DNA of 64,000 nucleotides from Raillietiella orientalis (Eukaryota): assembly GCA_036172245.1 (NCBI GenBank), contig JAYWIR010000029.1, forward strand, positions 310,001 through 374,000, in the 5' to 3' direction. Of this stretch, positions 12,801 to 23,800 are shown one piece after another; positions within the stretch are counted from its first letter, which is position 1; each line of letters starts with the position of its first letter. Under the pieces are notes generated by a model that ran no database searches, was not told the DNA's origin, and saw nothing but the letters and a program-made list of their open reading frames with translations. The translations under genes were made by a program, and so were the position numbers.

Positions 12801-15512
12801 GATCAAGTGTCAGCCCGAAGAGGGTTTCTAAATTCAAACGCAAGTAATGAGGAGCCATTAGACTCTCCACTAGCATGCAATGTTACTGAGGAATCACTTG
12901 AAACTAACGGAGACTGCAGATACAAATTCAGTCAGCACTAGGAACGATTAATGAGATAGAAATACGAAATTGATCTCCCAAGAGACTGCACATCAGCAGA
13001 AGAACGTAAAACAAGCTTGTCTTTTTCAGCTCACAGGTGTACATCGGTTTCTCACTATCCTTCGCATCTGGCTTCCAAGTCAGAATTTTCCTTTAGATAT
13101 CTCCATGGAGAGATAATCATATGCTTGGAATGAAGCACCGCCGGGTTCACAGGTTCAAACCGGAAGGAAAAAGAGCACGAAATTTGGAAGTTTGTAATAA
13201 GGTAGTGAGTGTCGAGGAAAGAGTTGCCGTGTAACGTGATCTCTCTGCTCATGCCAGTGTGGCCGATACAGCAACTGTATTCATCAGGTGTCTTGGCAAC
13301 GTTTTGATCACGTAAGAGGTTTATGATGAGCATCTTCGCAGTTCACATTAAACGTAAGTGCTTCCATGCGTATATCCCGTAGGCCATCGGGGCAGGTACT
13401 GGGCAGTGGACATCCTCTTCAAGGTTGCACGTGCATGCAACCAGCATTCATAAGGATCGGATACGCTGCAGAGCACCACCCTCATTGCTTGATTCTCTTT
13501 TCGAAACCTTCTTTCAAAGACATCGCTTTCAAGGGCTGCGACTCGCATTTTCCCTGTTGCACTTTGCTATGAAATTCAAACTGTCATAAGGGTTGGCTTT
13601 GAAGTGAAGGAACGAACCTACAAGTTGATGGAAACTATCTGAAAGTTGCGTTGCTTAGGTGCTGTATTTGACATGCGCAGATTTTGATTTGATTTCATTT
13701 TGACATCCATATTTGAGCTGATGCTCTAAGCTTTGAATGGATTCAGATGATGTAAAACAAAGGATTGACGAAAACTTTCCTACCAGAAAATCTCGTCATA
13801 TGATGTTTGCGGGCTTGAAAAAAAAAAAAAAGTAATCGAGGATCCGTTCGGCCCGCTGAAGAATCAAAAGAGAATTTCAGAACATGGCCGTAAGCAAACG
13901 TGCTTGGTGATATGAGGTTTTGAGGTCCAATCTAGACAAGGTCGTGCATGGGCTAACAAGAACAGCTTAGAAGCACTTAATTTACGTAGGTAGCCGTCCA
14001 TCTGATTTACGTTTTGCCCTCACCTTTGGTGAGAAGCTTTAGAATTGGTTCTCCAGTCTAAAGTTTTATATCTTTCTTTTTCATTTTCACGTTTCGAATA
14101 TGTGTAACCAGAATGAGGGCTCGTTTTTGTATATAAAAAGAGACAGGTCTTGAATCATTCTTGTTTCCATTTTACAAGATCTGCAGATTAGGTGAAGAGT
14201 TCCATGGGTGAGGATGGTGTGGTATCTCTGTGTGATCCAAGTTTCCTTAACTAATATTTCGACACTCCTCAGATGAATACTGTTGAGAAAGACATCCTGA
14301 GAAATTTTTCAGACAGCAACTTTGCTACGGACATGTCATGTCATTTTCTGTTTCCGTATGACATCACGTGCCAATTGAGAGCACTCTGAAGCCACAAGAA
14401 CCATCTTGGCAAATGCAGTCCGCACTTCCATGATGGTCTTTGTCGATTAAGGATTCATAGCAATTCGTGGCTCTACTCAATTCGGAAGAGAAAAAACGTG
14501 TTCAATCTTGCTGACCTTTATTCTTCCCTGAAGAGTCTGGCCCAGGCTTAGTTTTGAAAGTAATCGACACGGAAGAAAAGCAATCGACTGTTGTCGAAAT
14601 GCAGACTGTCTTGAACTTTTACGACTCTCCATTAAAGAACATGCATAACAAATTTTCCAGCAGCCTCTCTTTGGGGATAACCAGGCAACAAGCTTACTTG
14701 GAGAGGATTTATGACTACAAGCAAGCGTTCCCCTGCAGTGAAGAAAAGCTTTGCTACCGACATTGACCTGGTAGGCAGTATTTGTGCCACGAGAGACTAG
14801 ACGAGCACAAGGGAGCTGACAGGGAGCACACAGCTCCCCTTTCTGAACTGAGCACCTAATAGGATAAAGCTGTACTTGGAACCCGATTCTTCCGATGTAG
14901 CGTCCAACACGACTTCAGCGATTTGCTACAAAATTTCGTAATCAGCACTCACGAATCCTAATGTTTCGTGGCCGGTTGACTCTACGAATCAATGGCCATC
15001 AGGCAAATTCGGTATACACGATAATGCTCTGCACGAAAATGCTAGATGTCAATCAATTAGCAGAAATCATTACGCCTTTTTTCTTTTTTTTTTAAAAAAA
15101 AAAATTACTGTTGTGATGCTTCTTGTCGAAACTGATGCTCACGAACATTTTGCAGAGAGAAAAATCTTGACAGAAGCAGTCCAAAGTCTGTAGCAAGTTC
15201 TCTCTACACAATTATGTGCTAATGTCTCTTGGTTTGCTCACCGTTGCATCAAGTTTAACATGTGTGGCATCTCGAACTCCAGAACTCGTAAATGTAATAC
15301 GAAATGCCATGTGGCGAGGTTTCAAAATGTTTTGCAAATTCTTGCAATATTTCGATTTCATCTGCGAAAAAGGAGTTTAGTTCGGCTTCTTCAAGATTTT
15401 TGGTCTTTCGCACCCCAGCGTGCACCTTTTCTGGAGAAGTGGATAGCTGATCTTCATTTTTGCGTTTAGACATTGAGATCTGTGGAATACAAGATTCTGT
15501 CAGAAGTCACCA

Positions 15513-15921
15513 TTGACTCACTTCCCAGAATATCCATTCTCTCTGAATGTTGTCAATCCGTTTGGAGATGAAATGAGTTGGACCAACCACCAGAGTACTG
15601 TTCCATTGAATTTATCCCCACTCTTTGGCCATGAATTGGTGCAAAAATCAGAAAAGGGAAGAATATGTGCTAATCCAGAACAGCGAATTGGATGTGGAGT
15701 ACGTTGATGATTCCTTAAATGGGGGCCGCACGTATGGATCAACAAGCATTGCTTTGGAAGACTGCCTGCAAGTGTACAGCCAGAACAAGAAGCGTGGTAC
15801 TGCACGCTATGCCATCAGCATAGGCAAGCAACCAAACCTAGTTCTCTATTTGGCTCTTGCCACAAATTCTTATCGTTCAGCTGAAATGCTCTTCTCTGAA
15901 AGGAACAATATTTCAAAATAA
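15513..15921 (+). mobile_element. Decayed non-LTR (RTE-like) reverse transcriptase fragment
   Basis: Two overlapping frames give ...NLSPLF... then ...MNWC...ELDVEYVDD..., matching the order and spacing of the RT motifs QGxxLSPLLF / DW / LDYADD. Frameshifted. Confidence 0.4.
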
Positions 15922-18411
15922 GCTAAGTACCCCTGTGAAATACCCTTTATATCCTCTTGATATGAGATCTTACATGAGTTCTGATCAACCACTCTACATT
16001 GTACGATCTCTTTGTGTGTGATCAAACATAAGGGAAGTGCATTAGGAGGTCATCACACTTCTCCGTTTCATCAATCCTTGCAATCCTAGTTGGAATGTGA
16101 GCTGGAGGAAATGTGATGACAGTTATCAGTAAATTCAGTGAGAATCAAGTGTTAAGTAATGACACTTATCTTTCATTCTATGAGCAGCAGCATGTTCTGC
16201 CATAAATATCAATAAACAAGCTTGATGCAAAGAGAAAAAAAAAAAGGCGTTTAGGGAGTCAGAGAAAGGGCAAAGGGCTGCATGCTCCTTCAAGAAATGA
16301 GCTACGAACCAAGATTTTGCACAAAGAGTGCCAATTTCATAAATTAAAAATTTATAATAAACAGTTCTGTAATATTAAGATTTCTTCTTTTTCTTCTCAT
16401 GCTACATGAATGCCCCTTCATTTCACCCGTGGAACTGCTGGGTGAATTACCTTGCGCGAGTTCTGGTGCTGAGGATGAGCTCAAAGGAAAACGCATAAAA
16501 GAGGGAGAAAAAGACAATACCATTCGTGAAACATTAAGCAAAACAAGGAAGGTTAATATAAAATGGTTAGTACTAAGTACAACCTTAGTAACCAAGTTCT
16601 CAATTGTATCAGGTTTTCGGATTTGTTCTTACATTTTCCTATACACCATTCGTTCTTCTCAAGTAGAACAAACACATTATTTACACTTTGGATCCGAATT
16701 TTCAAAATATGTAATGACATCTGCCCGGAGAGAGGTTCAGTACAGTTCTGCAGGACAAAGCAATGTTTTCGAACAACTTGATCCGAGACGTCAGCTGTTT
16801 CCGGACACTCTTCAACAGATTCCCCTTCCGAGTCTAGTTTAAGATGTTCAGCAGCCAGTTGCCTGCAAGACGTTGTGGTTTCCGTCATTAAGTGCTGCTG
16901 CTCTTTCAGAGTTTGTTGCAAACTTTCAAATGTCCCCTATTGCGAGAGTCACGATCGATGTTTTTGAACTCTGTTTTGCGGCAAAACTCCCTCTTCGCGT
17001 TACACGTCTTCGCCGCTGCAAGAGCTTTACGGTAAAATACAGTGTTCCGACTTATTTCTAGGAAGAGCAGAATCTTCTATGAATCCGGGCGCAATCGAAC
17101 AGCCTGCGATCATCGCACGAATTCCTTTCCTTCCCATTGCTAAGATTGGTCGTTTTGAGAAGAAGCTGTTCATGCAGACTGGAAATGTAGGGTGAAATCG
17201 TGAAGAGGGAAAACTTGACTAGGCAGGAACTCGAGTCCGAGCACGCTTCTTGCACGTGCCTTGGACATACAGTTGGCACCCCCGAATCACCGACAAACAC
17301 CTCTTGCTCGGCCGGAAGTTATTCACGACGATTCTCGAGATTTGCTTTTTCAGTGTGTGAAATTGGTGGATTCACAGTTCGGAGGATTGCAATTGAAAAA
17401 AAAAAATTCTCAAGAGTTGAAAAACAAATGACGTTTGGATCTCATGAGTGGCTGCAGGTTGCCCATGGCTGCGCGAAAGGATAGATCCCCAACGTTTCTC
17501 CCCTTGCCGTTCCAGAGTTTGTTTCCATCTTCGCACCTGCACTCTTTTGAGAGTTCTGACTCTGTGGATTAGGACAAAATTTGAAACCAGATGATGGGAA
17601 GAAACAGCACAATGTGACAACTGAAGAACAGAACTTGTGCTTGCTTTATTCTTCCTCTTTCAGTTGTTGCTTTCAGCAGACAAAAGAAATAAACACATGA
17701 AACAGCCGAAATGATTTCTCTTAAACGCTGAATTTTTCTTAAAGTAATGGTAAAGCAGTTTATTATGTAGCCATTCTCTCTTCTGGAAAAGAGTATCAGA
17801 AGAATCACCATTTTTCTCCTTGCATACTGAAATCCTGCTTACCAAGGAAACCAATCTTCCGTTTCTTGCACAGTCAAACTAACGGCAGAGATAGGAACCT
17901 ACCCGATGCATCCATCTTCATGTCATCGTTAGGAAAGTGGCATAAGGTCCGCTGGGTGTTCCCGAATCGACTAACACTGATTAGACAGTCCATAGATAGG
18001 CAGTTGCGGAAGGATTGCTGTAAATACGAGTGCCGAGCCATTCTTCCACGATCGAAATGGTAAAGAGCTCTGCAAACTCGATTAAGAATCCTAAACGGGA
18101 AACGCTGCTCGAGCCCATCTATCTGTACCTGCAAACCTTCGACCAAGGGAAAAAGTTAGAAAAGCAGATCCCGGTACATGGCTTTTTTTTCTTGACGATA
18201 CACTCAAAAACTGACCCATTTTTGCATTCATCGATATTTTCCTTCTATTTTTCTTCCCAGGAGGTTCAGTACACTTCGTGTTTACAGTTATTATTGATCT
18301 GCTTATGTCGTCTGGCTAGATGCTGTGAAAAATCAACAACTTCATGCAGTATGGCACCCCAAACACTGGCCATGAACAAATCTTACACCAAGATACGTGA
18401 ACTTGTGAATA

Positions 18412-18918
18412 CGGTAGACTCCGTACAACGCTACGGAAAGACCGCCCTCGTTTGACGGGGTAAATCGGTCCCGTACAACGCTATGGAGAAATTTTAATTT
18501 TGCGGTACAGTGTCAGATCAGCCTTTTAAAAAGAATGCAAACACATGATTTAAGGAGGCTGGCTTGTATTTTATTCATATTTCGTGAATCATTCGAGGCA
18601 CATTTTTCTACCACGAGAAGGACAAGGAACTATAGAATAATAGAATTGTTTAAATTAATGAAATATCAACAAAACTCTGGAAAAAAAAAAAATCCTTTTC
18701 CACTCTAACTTGAATAACAGATAGACTCTCTTAATTTTTCTTTTTGTTTTAAAGTGAAATCATAAATATTGTACTGCTATGGAGTTTTTGGATACATTTT
18801 ATATCTTTTGTAAGGACCACCTCGTACTTTCCATGCGTAACCCATTGGTCCCATATGATGCGGATTTCGTATAACGTGGCACATATCCGTTACCACACCT
18901 TAGTACAGGGTTATACTG
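18412..18918. mobile_element. Degenerate pogo/Tigger-like MITE
   Basis: Left end TA|CGGTAGACTCCGTACAACG and right end ...GTACAGGGTTATACTG|TA form imperfect terminal inverted repeats flanked by TA. CCGTACAACGCTA is repeated at 18421 and 18471; GGTCCC motifs lie inside. Confidence 0.45.
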
Positions 18919-19154
18919 TACCTTAGCACAGTATGTGATGCCAGACGTTTGACACGTTTCAGGTTACAAAAGAAGAATTTCGGGGCTGCGTCATTCCAAA
19001 TTGCATAAGTTTTTGATCTGCTGACGGGTTAGCTGAAGGATATTCATGCTTGATGAAACTCGAAATTTTCCAGCGAAGTGATAAGGAACCTATCAAAACG
19101 TCTAAAGTTTTTGGCGTAACCTGATTGCCACTGTGCGTGAAACCAATGTTATCG

Positions 19155-19904
19155 TTATGGCGATGGCAAGGACAGACCACCAAAAGTTGCCATGCCCGCG
19201 TCGGAGGCCGTGTGGTTACGGTGGTCTCCGCGCGTGGCACCATGCGTCGTGGGTTCGAATACTCCGAAGGAACCGACGCAGTGCGTCGTGGGTTCCGAGT
19301 TCACCCCACAAGATGACGCTGGTTGGTCTGCATTTATTCGGGTGCGGCACTGGTAGCGGTTAAAACCGGATGTCCCTCCCAATGAGGGCCGGGACAAATG
19401 GGAGTTGACCTCCGGGTCCTTCCAGGAATCACGGAGTGGAAGCTCCCCTCCGGTTGTGAAGGAGCGGATCCCCCAATCTGGGGGGACCTTCCGCGTCGTA
19501 CTGATGGAGTAGGTGTGTCTCCACCACCTCTTTAGAGAGTGCAGAGAAGCGAGCCGATCCCTTCGGGGAAGCTGCGTCCTTCTGAGTTTCGGAAGCGTCC
19601 CTTTTGGGTTCACTTCCGAGGAGTAAAAACAGGAGCGGATCCTTGCGGGGGATTCCTCCGGAGAAGAAATTTCAGGATCGGATCCCTTCCGGGTTCCCTT
19701 CAGAGAAGAAAAACTGGAGCGGACCTCCCGGGGGTCCTCCGGAGAGAATAAGGAAGGAGGGTTCCCTTCTGGATTTCCCTTCGGAGACAACCAGGGTGGA
19801 GGTGATCTCCATTTCCGGGGATCCCTCCCCAGGCGTGAGAGGAACGAGTCCTTCCTGGATTCATAGGGCGGACCCTTCCCGGGGTTACCCCCTATCTTAA
19901 AGAA
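19155..19904 (-). other. GC-rich block with a 750-nt stop-free frame and ~39-42 bp imperfect tandem repeats; probable mobile-element ORF fragment
   Basis: The ORF-track 211-aa frame extends upstream to a TAA at 19905-19907. Repeat units at ~19550-19790 translate as ~14-aa S/P/E/G-rich units. No family recognised. Confidence 0.4.
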
Positions 19905-20803
19905 TTACCCGCCCTCGGATGGCGTGGAACCGTGTCGAAGAACTGCGAAGTTCTCGTTGTCTGGGGGTAAAAAAAAAAAAAAAAAAACAGCTGCCATGCT
20001 TGCATTAAAACATGAAAGCACTAAAAAGCGGTTTCAGAAGGTCAACAACACATCCATGGAAGACGCCTGTCAGGCAGCTCACCTGAACTGTCGGTTCCCT
20101 GAAGTGAAATTTGAAACTTCATTCCCTTAGAGCAAGTGTCTCTATTAGGTTATTAAGACGATTTCGTTCAGTAATTATAGGAAGAATGCCTCTACAAGTT
20201 GAGTTTTTTCATAGCAGTAGAACCTTTTAGGTTTCTTGATCTCCAACCAGTTCCTGTTTACGTAAAAGAGGGCACTACTTTCTGATCAGACTTAGGGATA
20301 GGTTAGGTTCTCTTTCGAGATTTACATTGGGTACTTCCCTCTTCATTTCTCAAATGAGAGCCTGAATGATTATTTTTTTTCTTAAATCGCGATTTTCTAG
20401 AATGCTTGTGGGTTCGCTCAGTGGTCATCTGGGTTCGTTCCTCATGTAGAGAGTTCTGCACAGTGGTTTCCCATCTCTGTCGACTGAAAGGTTGCCAACA
20501 GTCTTCATAGAGATGCAAACGAACAAACAGCCATTAGCAATTCGTTGGTTTACAGAACGCCAAGCTGTCCTCCTCATCATGGAATCCGCCCAAGTTTCGT
20601 AGCTATAGTTTGTCTAATAGAATATGGAAATACAAGATGTCATCTGACTAAAGAAAAAAAAAACAAGTTGGAAGTCACAAATGTGGATGTATGTTGAAAA
20701 GAATCGATTTAGGGAAATAAGACTTGCTTCTTTTCGATATTTGGAAAGATACACGCCAAGTGTCAGGCACGCTTCTTAACGTCGGTGTCTTTTTTCAGCT
20801 ACT

Positions 20804-23800
20804 ATGCCGAGGTTCCTTCACTTTTTTCTTGGTACTTTTGGGGATTTCTCGACGAAACCATTGCGCTTCCCTTTTAGCCGTCCTATCCTGCTGTCCCCTT
20901 TCTTTGATTTTTTTTTTTTTCTTTCCCCGAGACAGACATTTTTTCTTCCACTGCGAGGTTCCCCCCCCCCCTCCTTTCCCAAATAGCATCACGCCATGCG
21001 TTTCTCCTGACGAATTCAATTTTTCATCTCCGAATCTTCTTCGACTTCGACTTCACCCGTTGCTTTTTTTTTCCCCCGTTCTTCAGCGGCGCATTCTCTC
21101 TGCTTCGTAGAAGAGGACGTAGTTCTTGCTTAATTGTTCTTCCACTTCTCACGGAGTAAGCAGAGTGTCCTCCTGCTCCCCTCCCTTCCCTCCAGTTGCC
21201 CGTTTTGTGGATGCTCACAACGTGCACCGCAACATGTGGACCAGACTCACCCCTCAAGGTAAGCACCTGTTTCTGTGGTTGCGACAAGATGGCATTGCGC
21301 ACACTTTGCACCCTCGCGTTGCGCGCGTTCATTGGCGTCGGGCATCCACCGCTGTGTCCACGTACTCTCGTATCTCATCTCGGAGTCTTCTTCCGCAGAT
21401 CCGGATCCTTTCACGGGCCGAAAGACGGGATGTCGCCGGCGATTTTGTCCAATCGCGGAAACGCTCTCTGCTAATTGGGACTCGTCGAGTCGCTTTAATG
21501 CGCGTGTACCGCATCCGAGGATGCAGAGAGGGCGCACGTGGAGAGGGAAGGAGAGAGAGAAAACACACACACCAAAAAAAAAAAAAACACTGCACGTTGG
21601 AGTGCGCTTCTGCAGCGGATTCCTTCGCGAAAGGGGCAGGCAGAACGCGCATTAAGGCGACTCGACGAGTCCCAATTAGCGGAAAGCGTTTCCGCGATTG
21701 GACAAAATCGCCGGCGACATCCCGTCTTTCGGCCCGTGATCGTCTGGTCCTCATGCCAAGCATCTAGCAGCTTCCTCTTCCACACCGGTGCCGCGCGATT
21801 CACCCACCCGCGCCCAACCCGACCGTATCCTTCCCGTGCTGGAGCAAAGCGCGGACTTGCCGGAGAATCGCTGCAGACGCTCTCCACGATCGTAGCAGCA
21901 GCTCGAGCGGATGCTGCGGCTTCCTAGCTGCGGCCCTGTTTCCCACATACCAGGCTGGGAGCCACCAGTTCGGTGTCACCCGATACACGGCCATTCTTTG
22001 TGACCAGAAGAGACGGGGTGCTTCGAGCAGCGCGAGCCGGAGAGGCATCTGAGGCTGCTGTGGTTTTCAGGAGAGAGAGAAGGGAGAGGATGTGCATTGA
22101 AAGTAGAGATCTTTGTACATGAGGACACCGTCTAGATTTACAGCTTTTGTGCGGAAGAGCAGTGGCAGGGCGTCGCAACTGGGGCGTGCACTAGGCGACG
22201 TGAGCCCGTTGACGCACACGAGAGTTTTCCGAACTCACCAGAAGAGGGACAGGAAACAGAGGAAGGATTCGATCGACCAAGAGTGGCTTCCTTTTTGGCC
22301 CTGTTGCCTGTGCCAGACGTCGATCCTCTTCTGCTGCTGCTCCACTCATCCTCTCTGAGGACAGAATGCTAGGTTACGGCATGACGCTCACTTTCGCGGC
22401 GTTTTCCGGGATAATGGCAGGTAACGAAAGGTCTTGATTTCCCAGTTTTCCTTTCTTTTTTTTTCTTTTTTTTTTTTTCTTTCCTTATTCATGGAGTGAC
22501 TAGTTGGTGGAAGAATGCGGGAGAGTGAGGGAATCCTTTCGTGAAAAAGGGAGGGGGTCTTCGCGGCGCAGGGACGGAGCACTTGTCGCTGCCACCGCCG
22601 CCGCCACTGTTGCTTGGACTGGTCGAGAGCGCCTTCTCTGTGTCCTCCTCCTGGCCTGCACGGTTGTACTCTTCCTCTCTGTGCGTCCTTGCTGGTCCGT
22701 CAGGAAGCGGAGGGGAGTCCGGGATAGCTCCGATTGATCAGCGCGGTGGATCCGTAAGACCGTCCTCCGAAGATGAGGCAGGCTCGTGCAGGCAGCGCGG
22801 TCTTCCGTGTCTCCCTTCGCAGACCCCTGTTCCCGAAGTGCGGACAGGAACCGCTGCTTGCTCGGAGAGCCCTGTGGTCAACCCTGAAGCGATCACGGGA
22901 CCATAGGAGGAACCGCAGAGCAGCGAATTTCCTGGAGGGAGCAATTTGATTCTGTTTGCTCTCTTTCTCTGCTCCTTTCTTCGGGTCAGCACCACCGTGC
23001 TGACAATGGGCGGAAGGTCTCGGTGTGGCTCGAGGATCATTGGCTTCCGGCTGCGCCCGAGCATCTGTTTCTCCAGCAGCAGTGCGCTCTTGTCACCCGA
23101 TCTAGCCTAGCGGCCTTCCGCTCTCCATTCTGCACTTAGAGTGAGGGTGATCCCATTTTGATCCTTACGAGGGGGATTCACCAGAGGGCGAGCGCCTTTC
23201 TCATCTTCTCGCGGCACAGCCTCCCCCATTGCGTCCTCGGCTCTGTGCCCGTGTGGTTCGCGATGGAAAGGCAGCAGCTGATCCCGATGGTCTTCTCTGA
23301 GCGTCTGTGAAACCTGGCCACCGGTCTTCCTTGCCGCACTGCCTGCTCCTCTTTTGTGGAGGGATCCCGTGGCGAAGGGTCATCCTCCCGCATCCGGACC
23401 CGCAAAGGACGAGGTGACCTGGATGCCTTCCGCTTCCTCCGTCCATTTCCCGACCTGCTCCCGCGCAGTGCGGCACCAGTCCGACCTCTCGGTTGCCTAG
23501 CAAGCGATCAAGGAAAAGTGAAGGACCAGGAGAAAGTGAAGCGTCCTGCAAGAAGCTCACGCATTCCATTCGTGCAGCTCGGCGGGTTGAACGGCCTGCA
23601 CGGCTGCGTGGCTGCGTCCTGTGTAACGTGATCGACTTGGAATATCGGGTTCCTTGCGGCCGTGAAGGAAAACGATTGTCTTCTTCAAGACGTTTCTCTC
23701 GCTCCTGCACCTCGATGCGCTCTCATTTCTTGAATTCGTATTGTTCTCGTTCCCATGGATGCCTGAAGCTTCCGGCGAGGTCGCAGCCCGTCGTGACGAT

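Noticed and set aside
13255..13290. CTGATGA followed by a small stem on the minus strand, hammerhead-ribozyme-like
   Set aside because: The required GAAA core after stem II is absent.
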